Origin: Dehalococcoidia bacterium
Lineage (GTDB): Bacteria > Chloroflexota > Dehalococcoidia > Lucifugimonadales > Australimonadaceae
Reading direction: 5' to 3'
Assembly: GCA_965116305.1 (NCBI GenBank)
Contig: OZ220673.1
Coordinates: forward strand, 547,362 to 611,361
DNA: 64,000 nt
Translations under genes and position numbers: made by a program
Shown here: one piece after another, positions 16,752 through 26,373 of the stretch
Layout: every line of letters starts with the position of its first letter
Numbering within the stretch: the first letter of the stretch is position 1
The notes under the pieces: generated by a model
Told to the model about the DNA's origin: nothing
Databases searched by the model: none
Seen by the model: only the letters and a program-made list of their open reading frames with translations

Positions 16752-18038
16752 ATGCAGATGACAGTGCGGCGGCCCAGGCGCTTGCGCGGCGACGTGACCC
16801 CGCCGGGCGACAAGTCGATCTCCCACCGCGCGGCCATCTTCAACGCCATCGCCGACGGCGAAGCGCGTGTCGAGAACTACGGCACCGGCGCGGACCTCGC
16901 CTCCACGCTCCGCGTGCTGCGCGGCCTCGGCACGCAGATCGAGCGGCACGACGACGGCGCGTTCACCGTGCGGGGCGGCATCCTCACCGAGCCGTCGGAC
17001 ATCCTCAACACGGGCAACAGCGGCACGACGACCCGCCTGATGGCGGGCGTGCTCGCGGGCCAGCCGTTCATGTCCGTGATGACGGGCGACCGCTCGATAC
17101 GCTCGCGCCCGATGGCGCGCATCGTGGACCCGCTGCGCCTGATGGGCGCTGAGGTGGACGGACGTGACGGGGGGAGGCTCGCACCGCTCACGTTCCGCGG
17201 CGGCAGCCTCCACGGCATCGAGTACCGCATGCCCGTCGCATCGGCGCAGGTGAAGAGCGCGCTCCTCCTCGCGGGGCTGTTCGCGGAGGGTGAGACGACG
17301 CTGGAGCAGCCCGCAGTGTCCCGCGACCACACGGAGCTGATGTTCCGCTCGATGGGCGTGGAGGTTGTCGAGGACGGGCTGACGGTGAGCGTGCGTCCCG
17401 GACGGCTGAGCGCCAAGGACGTGGCCGTCCCCGCCGACATCAGCTCGGCAGCGTACTGGCTCGTCGCGGGCGTCTGCCATCCCGATGCTGAAGTGCGCGT
17501 GCGCAACGTGGGCGTGAACCCCACGCGCACCGGTATCCTCGACGCGCTGGCGATGATGGGTGCGGACGTGAGCGTCGAGAACGAGCGCACGGAAGGCGGT
17601 GAGGCCGTTGCCGACCTCGTGGCGCGGTCGAGCAGCCTGCGCGCCGCTGAGATCGGGGGCGACCTCATCCCGCGCCTCGTGGACGAGGTGCCGGTGCTTG
17701 CGCTCGCTGCCTGCTTCGCGGAGGGGACGACCGTCATCCGCGACGCATCCGAGCTGCGTGTGAAGGAGAGCGACCGGCTGATGGCCTCCCGCGTGGAACT
17801 CTCACGGTCCGGCGCGCAGGTCGAAGAGTTGGACGACGGCCTGCGCATCACGGGCGGGCGTGCCCTCCAGGGCGCGACGCACCGGACGTACGCGGACCAT
17901 CGCATCGCGATGACGATGGGCGTCGCGGGGCTGGTCGCCTCAGGCGAAACGGCGGTCCAGTCGGCGCAGACGGCGTCCGTTTCCTACCCGACGTTCTGGG
18001 ACGACCTCGGATCGCTGGGGGAGGGCGCGCAGCCGTGA
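16752..18038 (+). CDS. aroA: 3-phosphoshikimate 1-carboxyvinyltransferase (EPSP synthase)
   Basis: 428 aa with LRGDVTPPGDKSISHRAAIF, NSGTTTRLMAGVLA, LRVKESDR and DHRIAM. Confidence 0.96.
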   Translation: MQMTVRRPRRLRGDVTPPGDKSISHRAAIFNAIADGEARVENYGTGADLASTLRVLRGLGTQIERHDDGAFTVRGGILTEPSDILNTGNSGTTTRLMAGVLAGQPFMSVMTGDRSIRSRPMARIVDPLRLMGAEVDGRDGGRLAPLTFRGGSLHGIEYRMPVASAQVKSALLLAGLFAEGETTLEQPAVSRDHTELMFRSMGVEVVEDGLTVSVRPGRLSAKDVAVPADISSAAYWLVAGVCHPDAEVRVRNVGVNPTRTGILDALAMMGADVSVENERTEGGEAVADLVARSSSLRAAEIGGDLIPRLVDEVPVLALAACFAEGTTVIRDASELRVKESDRLMASRVELSRSGAQVEELDDGLRITGGRALQGATHRTYADHRIAMTMGVAGLVASGETAVQSAQTASVSYPTFWDDLGSLGEGAQP

Positions 18039-18051
18039 GGCGCCGTTCATC

Positions 18052-18657
18052 GTGAGCGCTGCCGAACCGCATCCGCTGCTCGTCGTCGTCTCCGGTCCGT
18101 CCGGCGTCGGCAAGGACGCGATGCTGGCCCTCGTGCGGGAGCAGCGTCCGGAGGTGTTCTGGGCCATCACCGCGACGACGCGTGCGATGCGTCCGGGAGA
18201 GGAGCACGGCGTGCACCACCTCTTCCATACGCGTGACGAGTTCCTGGAACTGCTGGAGCGGGGCGAACTGCTGGAGCACGCGGAGGTGTACGGCAACCTG
18301 TACGGCGTGCCGAAGGCGCCGGTGCGCGAGGCGCTCGCCGAGGGGCGTGACGCCATCGTGCGGACAGACGTGCAGGGTGCGGCGTCGATCCGCTCGCTCG
18401 CGCCCGAAGCGCTGCTCATCTTCGTTGCGCCGCCGTCGCTGGAAGAGCTCGAACGCCGCCTGCGCAGCCGCGATACCGAGTCCGCTGAGGAGACAGCCCT
18501 GCGCGTCGAGACGTCCCGGCAGGAGATGCGCGACGCGGCGTGGTTCGACGCCGTCATCGTCAACGAGACTGGCGGACTGGAGAACGCTGCGCGCGAGGTC
18601 ATGGCTGTCATCGAGCGAGAGCGGCAGCGTGTCCCTCCGCGCATCGCGCGCCTGTAG
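18052..18657 (+). CDS. gmk: guanylate kinase
   Basis: 201 aa with P-loop GPSGVGK and YGNLYGVP. GTG start. Confidence 0.93.
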   Translation: MSAAEPHPLLVVVSGPSGVGKDAMLALVREQRPEVFWAITATTRAMRPGEEHGVHHLFHTRDEFLELLERGELLEHAEVYGNLYGVPKAPVREALAEGRDAIVRTDVQGAASIRSLAPEALLIFVAPPSLEELERRLRSRDTESAEETALRVETSRQEMRDAAWFDAVIVNETGGLENAAREVMAVIERERQRVPPRIARL

Positions 18658-18716
18658 CCCAAAACCTGCGCGCCTCTCTGGTATGCTCCGCGCTATCCCG
18701 CACGAGGCAGGTGGCA

Positions 18717-19859
18717 ATGATCACGAAGTTCTCCGTCCTCTACGTCGGCTTCACGGAACTGGACAACGTCGGGCTCGGCGGCACGCCGCCGGACGAGCGG
18801 CGCCTCTCCAACGACCAGATCGTGAAGGCGTACCAGATGTCGCTGGACGTGGCGCAGCACATGGACAAGCTCGGGTTCGACACGCTCTGGGGCGCGGAGC
18901 ACCACTTCCAGCGGGAGGGCTACGAGGTCATCCCGAACCTCATCCTGTGGGGGACGTACCTGGCGGCGCGGACGGAGCGCCTCAAATTCGGTTGCGCGTT
19001 CAACGTCAGCCCGATCTGGCATCCCATCCGGATGGCCGAGGACTTCGCGATGGCCGACATCATGACCGACGGCCGCGTGGTCTTCGGGGTGGGGCGCGGC
19101 TACCAGACTCGCGAGGTCGAAACGCTCGGCGCTCCCTTGCTGGACCAGGACGCCAACCGGGAGCTGTTCGAGGAGCAGATGGAAGTCATCATGAAGGCGT
19201 TCCACGAGGACTCGTTCAGCCATCACGGCAAGCACTACACCATCCCGGCGCCGCAGAAGTTCCGCGGCTACGAGCCGACCGAGGTGACGCTGGTGCCGCG
19301 TCCGATCCATCAGCCGGTGGAGATCTGGCAGGCGATAGCCAGCGGCCGGTCCATCCCCTTCATGGCGCAGAACGGCATCAAGGGGATGATCACGCAGAAC
19401 GGCGACCGGCTCGCGCGGCAGATCTTCCACACGTACCAGGACGAGGCCGCGAAGGCGGGCCGGAACCTGGAGCTCGGCGAGGACCTTTGCCTCGGCGTCG
19501 CGATGTCGATCGCAGCGACGCCGGAGGAGGCTGTCGAGAAGGTCCGCCCCTACCACGACGAGGCGTACAAGTGGTTCGCGCCCTTCGGGTTCGTGCGCTA
19601 TGTCGACGAAGACGGGCGTCCGTGGGGCACGCCCGGCGCACCCGCACGGGTGCCGACGATAGAGGAGGGCGTGAGGCAGCGCGCATGGCTGTGCGGCCCA
19701 CCGGAGCTGGTCATCCGCGAACTGAAGGCGTACGAGGCGGAGTTCCCCGGCCTGGACCAGGTGATGTTCCGCTGGCCGGAGGGCATGCCCGCGGAGCAGT
19801 TCAAGGAGCAACTCTCGCTCTTCGCGGAGCACGTCATGCCGGAGTTCGGGAAGGGGTAG
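18717..19859 (+). CDS. LLM-class flavin-dependent oxidoreductase (luciferase-like monooxygenase)
   Basis: GFDTLWGAEHHF, IRMAEDFAMADIMTDGRVVFGVGRGY. Start at the internal Met (MITKFSVLY) of track ORF 18540-19859. Confidence 0.88.
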   Translation: MITKFSVLYVGFTELDNVGLGGTPPDERRLSNDQIVKAYQMSLDVAQHMDKLGFDTLWGAEHHFQREGYEVIPNLILWGTYLAARTERLKFGCAFNVSPIWHPIRMAEDFAMADIMTDGRVVFGVGRGYQTREVETLGAPLLDQDANRELFEEQMEVIMKAFHEDSFSHHGKHYTIPAPQKFRGYEPTEVTLVPRPIHQPVEIWQAIASGRSIPFMAQNGIKGMITQNGDRLARQIFHTYQDEAAKAGRNLELGEDLCLGVAMSIAATPEEAVEKVRPYHDEAYKWFAPFGFVRYVDEDGRPWGTPGAPARVPTIEEGVRQRAWLCGPPELVIRELKAYEAEFPGLDQVMFRWPEGMPAEQFKEQLSLFAEHVMPEFGKG

Positions 19860-19861
19860 TC

Positions 19862-20611
19862 CTAGGACACTTCTTTGCCGCCGTTGACCGCGATGAGCTG
19901 GCCGGTGATGAAGTCCGCGTCGTCGGAGAAGAGGAACGCCACGGTGCCCGCGAGATCGCTCGGCACGCCGCGGCGTCCGAACGCCCGCGACGCTTCCTCG
20001 GTAGCCTCATCGCCGGTGAGCGAAGGGTCCTGGTCCGTGCCACCCGGCGCGAGCGTGTTGACGTTGATGTTGTGTTCACCGAGTTCGCGGCAGATGGCAC
20101 GGGTGAAGGCCATCACCGCGCCCTTGGACGCGACGTAGTGCGGGTTGCTGTCGCGCACGTTGTTGGAGGTGCGGAGCATAGTGGTGGACCCGACGTTGAC
20201 GATCCTTCCGCCGCCCTGGTCGCGCATGTAGGGGAAGACGGCGCGCACGCAGAGGAACGTCCCGCGTGCGTTCACCGAGAAGACCTTGTCCCACCAGTCC
20301 GGGTCGACATCCATAAGCGAGGGGCCGGTGATGTTCCGCATGAGGCCGGCGTTGTTGAGCAGGCCATCGATCCGTCCGAAGCGCTCGACGGTCTGGCGCG
20401 CAAGCGCCATCGTCTCTTCCTCGCTCGAGACGTCCACGTTAAGCGGGAGCACCTCGGCGCCCTCGGCCTCGCAGAGGCGCGCCGTCTCCGAGCAATCGAG
20501 CACGTCGGCGATGGTGAGCTTCGCGCCCTCCTTCGCGAGCCGTACGGCGTAGGCCTGCCCAAGATGGCGCGCCGCGCCGGTAACGATGATGACCTTGCCT
20601 TCCAGGCGCAT
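19862..20611 (-). CDS. SDR family oxidoreductase (FabG-like)
   Basis: 249 aa with TGAARHLG (TGxxxGxG-type), NNAG and the YVASKGAV catalytic YxxxK. Confidence 0.92.
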   Translation of the reverse strand: MRLEGKVIIVTGAARHLGQAYAVRLAKEGAKLTIADVLDCSETARLCEAEGAEVLPLNVDVSSEEETMALARQTVERFGRIDGLLNNAGLMRNITGPSLMDVDPDWWDKVFSVNARGTFLCVRAVFPYMRDQGGGRIVNVGSTTMLRTSNNVRDSNPHYVASKGAVMAFTRAICRELGEHNINVNTLAPGGTDQDPSLTGDEATEEASRAFGRRGVPSDLAGTVAFLFSDDADFITGQLIAVNGGKEVS

Positions 20612-20636
20612 ACGCCGCCTCCTGTGTCAGTCCCGG

Positions 20637-21389
20637 TCAGCCGAGGATGACCATGTGCACTTCGCCGGGGCCGTGGACGCCGATGGTGAGCGTCTGCTCG
20701 ATGTCCGCGGTGCGGGACGGCCCGGAGATGAAGTTGAAGTAGTTGGCAGTCCTCCCGCGCGCCTGCATTCGGTTCAGTCGAGTGATGGCGAAGAAGTCGT
20801 CCAGCGTTTCCAGCACCTGCTCCCGCTCGATGAGCAGGACGAGCCTGGGCGGCGCGAGCGAGGCGAGGCGTGCCACGCCCTTGCGCGGTGTGACGGCGCA
20901 GCTCGCCGTCTCCGCGATGGCGTACGAAACGCCCGTGACGCCCATGTCCGCCCGGAACGCCATGTCGCGCAGCGTGCTCCGGCTCCGGGACCTGCCGGAC
21001 GCGAGAATCGTGGGCGAGACGCCTACTGAGCGAAGAGCGGTGTCTATGTTCACGCGCTTGAACACGTCCTCGGCGGAGCGGACGAGGCTCTTCACTCCCG
21101 ATAGCTGCGCGATCTCCGCGACGATGCTCGCCGCTTCCTCCGCGTCGCCCGCCCTGCGGACGTTCCAGGAAGCAGCCGCGGCGGTCCGCGCGAGACGGTC
21201 CAACGCAGAGCTCTTGCGCGCCTCGTTCCTTGCAACGATGGTGCGCACCTTCTCCTGCTGGCGCATGGCGTTCGACTTGAGCGAGGGGTGGTCCGGCATG
21301 TGAACGATGGGCTCAGTGCGTCCGAGCGCCGAGCGGACGCGCAGCAGGAAAGCCGCCTTGTTCGGGTGCTCTTCCGGCGTCGGGGGCAT
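20637..21389 (-). CDS. lutC: LUD-domain protein, lactate utilisation protein C
   Basis: 250 aa. GVTGVSYAIAETASCAV ... LIEREQVLETLDD ... GPSRTADIEQTLTIGVHGPGEVHMVIL is typical of LutC/YkgG. Confidence 0.85.
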   Translation of the reverse strand: MPPTPEEHPNKAAFLLRVRSALGRTEPIVHMPDHPSLKSNAMRQQEKVRTIVARNEARKSSALDRLARTAAAASWNVRRAGDAEEAASIVAEIAQLSGVKSLVRSAEDVFKRVNIDTALRSVGVSPTILASGRSRSRSTLRDMAFRADMGVTGVSYAIAETASCAVTPRKGVARLASLAPPRLVLLIEREQVLETLDDFFAITRLNRMQARGRTANYFNFISGPSRTADIEQTLTIGVHGPGEVHMVILG

Positions 21390-21392
21390 GGC

Positions 21393-22868
21393 CTACCTCT
21401 GCTTCATCCCGTTGAGGTGAACGTTGTCGTCCGCAAGTTCCTCCCGCCAGAGCCTCGCGAACGATCTCGGGGCAGGTGCGGGGAAGTCGCGGCTCGCTGT
21501 CCAGCCGCTCACCATCGGCGCGAACGGCAGCTTGCGGACCTTGCCGCCGCGCGCGAACGGACGCGTGAGCAGCCTGCCGAGGTTCGCCTTGCCCTCCAAC
21601 GCTCTGCGGTTCCGCATCGCGCCGTGCCACTGGCCCACGAACAGCCGCTCCATCCAAGTCGTGCTCCGTTCGCCCATGGCGCCTTCCGCTACCTTGTGGC
21701 GCAGGTGCAGCAGCAGGCGGGGGATGTCTATCTTCACGGGACAGACGTCCTTGCACGTGCCGCAGAGCGTGGAGGCGTAGGGCAGGTCGCGAGCGACCTT
21801 CATGTTGGTCATCGGCGGCGTGACAACCGCGCCGATGGGACCGGAGTAGACCCAGCCGTAGGCGTGTCCGCCTATCTTGCGGTAGACGGGGCAGTGGTTC
21901 AGGCACGCGCCACAGCGGATGCAGCGCAGCGCCTCCCGCATCACCTCGTCGCGCAGCAGGTTGAGCCGCCCGTTGTCCACGAGCACGAGGTGGAACTCCT
22001 CCGGCCCATCCTCGTCGCTCGGCGCGCGGGGGCCGCCCACGAACGTGTTGTAGCTCGTGATGCGCTGTCCGGTGGCGGAGCGCGGGAGGAGGCGCAGGAA
22101 GAGCGCCAGGTCCTCGATGGCAGGGACGATCTTCTCCATGCCCGCGAGGACGACATGGATGCGTGGCGCGGACGTCGTCATGCGCCCGTTCCCCTCGTTC
22201 GTGACGAGGCAGACGGTACCGGTCTCGGCCACGACGAAGTTCGCGCCGCTGATGCCCATGTCCGCCGCAGCGAACTTCTCGCGCAGGGCGTCGCGCGCGT
22301 AGACGCAGAGGCGCTTGATGTCCTGCGTCGGCGCCGTCTTCAGCCACTCCTGGAAGAGCGTGGATACCTCCTGCCGTGTCTTGTGCATCGCCGGAGCGAT
22401 GATGTGGAACGGCGTTTCGCCCGCCAGTTGGATGATGTACTCGCCGAGGTCGGTCTCGACCGGCTCGATGCCCTCACGCTCGAGGATGTGGTTGACGCCC
22501 ATCTCCTCGGAGACCATGGACTTGCTCTTGATGACGGTCTTCACGCCGTTGCGCTTCGCGATATCGAGCACGATGGCGTTCGCTTGGGCCGCATCGTCCG
22601 CAAAGTAGACGTGGCCGCCATTCCGCCGCACGGTCTTGTCCACCATGTCGAGGTAGTAGTCGAGATGTTCCAGGGTGGACTGCTTGATCGCGGCGGCGCG
22701 GGTGCGCATCGCCTCCCAACTCTCATCGCCGAAGTCGTTCTCGATGACGCTGGCGCGCGCACCGACGAAGTGCTCCATGACGTGCTCCAGCGAGTGCTGG
22801 AGCTTCTCATCGCGCAGCGCCCTGCCGGACGCCTTCTTGAACTCGGCGCTCTTGACCTCCGCCATCAT
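21393..22868 (-). CDS. lutB: lactate utilisation iron-sulfur protein B
   Basis: 491 aa. 4Fe-4S motifs CIRCGACLNHCPVY and CGTCKDVCPVKI, plus the LutB N-terminal DUF162/LUD region. Confidence 0.9.
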   Translation of the reverse strand: MMAEVKSAEFKKASGRALRDEKLQHSLEHVMEHFVGARASVIENDFGDESWEAMRTRAAAIKQSTLEHLDYYLDMVDKTVRRNGGHVYFADDAAQANAIVLDIAKRNGVKTVIKSKSMVSEEMGVNHILEREGIEPVETDLGEYIIQLAGETPFHIIAPAMHKTRQEVSTLFQEWLKTAPTQDIKRLCVYARDALREKFAAADMGISGANFVVAETGTVCLVTNEGNGRMTTSAPRIHVVLAGMEKIVPAIEDLALFLRLLPRSATGQRITSYNTFVGGPRAPSDEDGPEEFHLVLVDNGRLNLLRDEVMREALRCIRCGACLNHCPVYRKIGGHAYGWVYSGPIGAVVTPPMTNMKVARDLPYASTLCGTCKDVCPVKIDIPRLLLHLRHKVAEGAMGERSTTWMERLFVGQWHGAMRNRRALEGKANLGRLLTRPFARGGKVRKLPFAPMVSGWTASRDFPAPAPRSFARLWREELADDNVHLNGMKQR

Positions 22869-23731
22869 GCACCGTCCTCGGCCAACAGTTCGGCGATGTG
22901 CATGGCGCGTATGTTCATACCGCGCCGCTCCATCGCCCCGCGGATGTGCATCAGGCAGCCGCAGTCGTTCGCGACCACAGTGCCCGCGCCGGACTCCGCG
23001 ATGGTCTTCAGTTTCTCATCCAGGATGGCGGTCGATATCTCCGGGAATTTCACGGAGAAGAGGCCGCCGAAGCCGCAGCAGGCGTCCGAGTTCTCCATCT
23101 CCTGCAGTTCGACGCCTCGAACACCGCCGATGAGGTCGCGCGGCGCGTCCTTGATGCGCAGTTCACGCAGCAGGTGGCAGGCGTCGTGGTACGTGACCAG
23201 TCCCTCCGAGGCCGCTCCGACGTCCGACGTGCCGACGACGTTGACGATGTAGTCGGAGAGCTCGCGCGTCTTCTCACCGACGGCCTGAGCGCGCTCCAGT
23301 GTTTCGGGATCGTTCTCGAACAGCTCGCGGTAGTAGACCTTGATCATGCTGGCGCATGAACCAGAGGGGACGACGACCTGCTCCTCGTTCTCGAAGACGT
23401 CGAGGAAGTGCTTCGCCACCTCGGCGGCGTGCGAGCGGAAGCCGCCGTTGAAGGCGATCTGTCCGCAGCAGGTCTGGTCTTCAGGGAACGAGACATCCAC
23501 TCCGAGGCGGCGCAGCACCTTGACCGCTGCGGCCCCGACCTCCGGGTAGAACTGGTCGACGAGGCAGGTGGCGCAGAGCGCGGCCCGGAACTTCGGGGAC
23601 TGTTGCCCCCGCTGCCTTCCGCCCGTCCTCGGTCTGCCGGAGGGTCGTCTGGGATATGCGGACGAACCGCGTCGTCGAGCCACGAGAGCAAGGTAGCAGA
23701 GCGCGGCAGGCGTGGCAACCGCAGTTGCCAC
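22865..23731 (-). CDS. lutA: (Fe-S)-binding CCG-domain protein, lactate utilisation protein A (start codon uncertain)
   Basis: FRAALCATCLVDQFYPEVG..A..VL..LGV.V.FP..QTCCGQ and DACCGFGG (two CCG motifs). The conserved region begins at about 23593, but there is no ATG/GTG/TTG between there and a GTG at 23680. The track ORF opens at 23731. Confidence 0.85.
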   Translation of the reverse strand: MATAVATPAALCYLALVARRRGSSAYPRRPSGRPRTGGRQRGQQSPKFRAALCATCLVDQFYPEVGAAAVKVLRRLGVDVSFPEDQTCCGQIAFNGGFRSHAAEVAKHFLDVFENEEQVVVPSGSCASMIKVYYRELFENDPETLERAQAVGEKTRELSDYIVNVVGTSDVGAASEGLVTYHDACHLLRELRIKDAPRDLIGGVRGVELQEMENSDACCGFGGLFSVKFPEISTAILDEKLKTIAESGAGTVVANDCGCLMHIRGAMERRGMNIRAMHIAELLAEDGA

Positions 23732-23746
23732 GCCACACCTGAGTCC

Positions 23747-26215
23747 TTACATGCCGGTACCGAGTATCTCCCGCCCGATCCACTCGAGGAGGGCCGGCTG
23801 CGGCCAGATAACGAACAGCACGTTGTCTGCCATCACGAACTCGAACAGAAAGACGAAGCACATCGTGATGACCGCCGCGAGCACGCGCCAGTAGAAGAGC
23901 CATTCGATGGAGGCAGGGGGCTGAAACTCCCGGACCGGGCGAGCGAAGAGGAGGAGCATCGGCGCGACGCCCGGTACCAACCGGTATACCCATCCCACGT
24001 AATCGTTCGGCCAGCCAGCCAGGAAGAGGATGGCGACGACAACCGAGAACGTCAGTGCGACGACGCCCATGACCCCCGGGATGCCCGGCAAGCCACCAAC
24101 ACCCTGAGCCCCGATCGAGAGGACGTATGCAACGGTGAGGGCTACAACGACGCCGGTGGCGATGATCTGGCCGGTGTCCGCCGTACCTATGAGTGCTGCG
24201 CCGATACCGGACAGCGCTCCGACGACGAGGCCGGCTCCGATCGCCTTGGGGAGCGGGAAGCTCGCTCGTCCGAGCAGGGTGAACGGCAGGTAGCCTGCCA
24301 GCGCCATGACGCTCCACCGCAGGCCGATGGTGCCCGTCAGCAGCGCGAACATGATGAATCCACCTGCGATGAGCAGCGCCGCCTGCTTGGCGCCCGGCAG
24401 GACGAGGCTGTGCATGCCGAGGTCCATGATCTCGGTGTGCCGGTGGCCGCGCTCCCGGAGGTGGAACATGAGTTGTACCAAGGCCAGCAGGATGATCAAC
24501 ACGACCATGAGTCGCGTGAGGAACCACGACTCGGTCGCCTCGAAGCCGAGGCTGCCCCACCAGAAGGCTATGCCGCCTCCGATGAGCAGGTAGATGGGGA
24601 AGTTCCGGACCTCGACCAGTCTCTTCATGAGGCTGGGGCGGTCCTCCTCACCGGTGCCCGATCCGCCTGCAGGCGGCTGTGCAGCCGCGCTGGAAAGCGT
24701 CTGGCTTCCCGCGGCGCGGGAAAAGAAGTACGCGGTGGCCAGCGCGATCAGGATGAGGGCAATGGTGAGGGGCCGAAGCAGCACGCCGAGCACGTCGCTG
24801 TCATGACCCCCGATCGAAACCGGGTCCACCACGTTCAAGGCGGAGAGGAAGTTCTCCTCGATGATGGGGCCGAGGATGATGCCGAGCAGGAGCGGCGGCC
24901 TCGGCCACTGGAACAGCTTCATCATGATGCCGATGCCCATGAAGACCGCCATCACCGGCAGAGCGAGCCACGTCGTCCAGTTGATGACTGCGGCGAGGAT
25001 GGAGATGGGGATGAACACGCCGCCGATGAGTGGGTAGGGGATACGGGTCAGCTTCGCCAGTTGGCCGGTCGCAACGATGCCGATCATCGTGACGATGAAG
25101 TTCCCGATGGCGAGCGTTATAACGAAGAGGATGGTGACGTCTGCCTGATCGCCGAGGAGCCGGGGTCCGGGCGTGAAGTCCAGCGCGATCATCGCGACCA
25201 GCACAAGTGCCCAGGCGAGACCGCCCGGAACGCCCAACGCGAGCGTCGGGAGCGCCTGTCCCGCCTCCTTCGAGTTCTGCGCCGATTCAGCGAAGAGCAC
25301 GCCGTCCAGCGAACCCTTCCCGAACTGGCTCTTGTCCTTGGTCCAGAAGATGCCGAAGGCGTAGGAGAGCCAGTCGATAACCGCGGCGCCGACGCCCGGT
25401 ATGGCTCCGAGCACGACACCGAATACGGACTGGCGGACCACCATCGGCGCTCGCGTGAAGCCGTGACGTGCGCCGCGCCAGACCTCCTTCGTGCTCACCA
25501 CAGAGCCTGGCGGCGCCACGGGCCGACGCGCGATGGCGAGGTCGATCATCTCGGGCAGCGCAAAGAAGCCGAGCGTTACCACGATGATCGGCAGTCCCTC
25601 CCAGAGGTTGGGCTGGTCGAATACGAACCGCACGTCGCCGGTGATGGCGTTGATGCCCACGGTGCCGAACAGTATGCCGAGCGCACCTGCGGCAAGCCCT
25701 TTCACCATCGCCCCTGCGCTCAGCGCAGACACCATCGCGATGCCGAAGAACGCCACTGCCGCAATCTCGGGGAAGCCGAAGAGCAGAATGACAGGTTTCA
25801 CTACCGGGATCAGGATCGCGAGGACGATTGCGCCCACGAGGCCGCCCATCGCCGAGACCGCATAGACAGCGCCGAGCGTGTGGGCTGCGCGGCCCTGGCG
25901 CGCCAGTTGGTGGCCTTCCAGGAACGTCACCTGGGTAGCTGCGGAAGGCTGGCCGAAGAGGACGGCCGGGATCGAGTCCAGCGTGTTGTTCACGCCGGTC
26001 ATGGAGGCGAGCATGACGAGACCGATCGCCGCCTGGTCGCCCCTGAAGAACTCGACGATGAACGGAATGGAGAGCGCCATGATGATGACGCCGGACGCGC
26101 CGGGCACCATGCCGGTGAGCCCCGCGACGAACACCGCCACAACGACCGCGATCCAGTAGAGGGGGTCGGCCAGATAACCCAGCGCCTGCCCGAGTTCGCT
26201 GTACAGTTCAGCCAA
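23747..26215 (-). CDS. tctA: tripartite tricarboxylate transporter large permease TctA with about 300-aa C-terminal multi-TM extension (probable TctA-TctB fusion)
   Basis: 822 aa. The first about 500 aa are polytopic with the TctA/DUF112 pattern. A hydrophilic linker (SSAAAQPPAGGSGTGEEDRPS) follows, then several more TM helices. There is no separate tctB ORF. Confidence 0.85.
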   Translation of the reverse strand: MAELYSELGQALGYLADPLYWIAVVVAVFVAGLTGMVPGASGVIIMALSIPFIVEFFRGDQAAIGLVMLASMTGVNNTLDSIPAVLFGQPSAATQVTFLEGHQLARQGRAAHTLGAVYAVSAMGGLVGAIVLAILIPVVKPVILLFGFPEIAAVAFFGIAMVSALSAGAMVKGLAAGALGILFGTVGINAITGDVRFVFDQPNLWEGLPIIVVTLGFFALPEMIDLAIARRPVAPPGSVVSTKEVWRGARHGFTRAPMVVRQSVFGVVLGAIPGVGAAVIDWLSYAFGIFWTKDKSQFGKGSLDGVLFAESAQNSKEAGQALPTLALGVPGGLAWALVLVAMIALDFTPGPRLLGDQADVTILFVITLAIGNFIVTMIGIVATGQLAKLTRIPYPLIGGVFIPISILAAVINWTTWLALPVMAVFMGIGIMMKLFQWPRPPLLLGIILGPIIEENFLSALNVVDPVSIGGHDSDVLGVLLRPLTIALILIALATAYFFSRAAGSQTLSSAAAQPPAGGSGTGEEDRPSLMKRLVEVRNFPIYLLIGGGIAFWWGSLGFEATESWFLTRLMVVLIILLALVQLMFHLRERGHRHTEIMDLGMHSLVLPGAKQAALLIAGGFIMFALLTGTIGLRWSVMALAGYLPFTLLGRASFPLPKAIGAGLVVGALSGIGAALIGTADTGQIIATGVVVALTVAYVLSIGAQGVGGLPGIPGVMGVVALTFSVVVAILFLAGWPNDYVGWVYRLVPGVAPMLLLFARPVREFQPPASIEWLFYWRVLAAVITMCFVFLFEFVMADNVLFVIWPQPALLEWIGREILGTGM

Positions 26216-26373
26216 AGGTTGCCTCCCTGCGCGCCGTAGCGCTGTTTACCGGCTGCGTCCTGGAACGAGAACGCCCGCCCCAACAGGGCCGAGGACGGCA
26301 CTCAGGGGCGGGCGGATTCTATGCACAGGAAGGGCGGCCTGACAACCATCAGGCCATCCTCCCCGTGTTCATC

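Noticed and set aside
18182-20650. 822-aa ORF on the plus strand spanning gmk, the LLM gene and the SDR gene
   Set aside because: It is out of frame with or antisense to three well-supported genes, and its composition is dominated by R/A/G/P.
23408-26239. 943-aa ORF on the plus strand
   Set aside because: It is antisense to the clear TctA permease gene. Its translation is an Arg/Asp/Glu/His-rich low-complexity string with no domain pattern, a typical high-GC shadow ORF.
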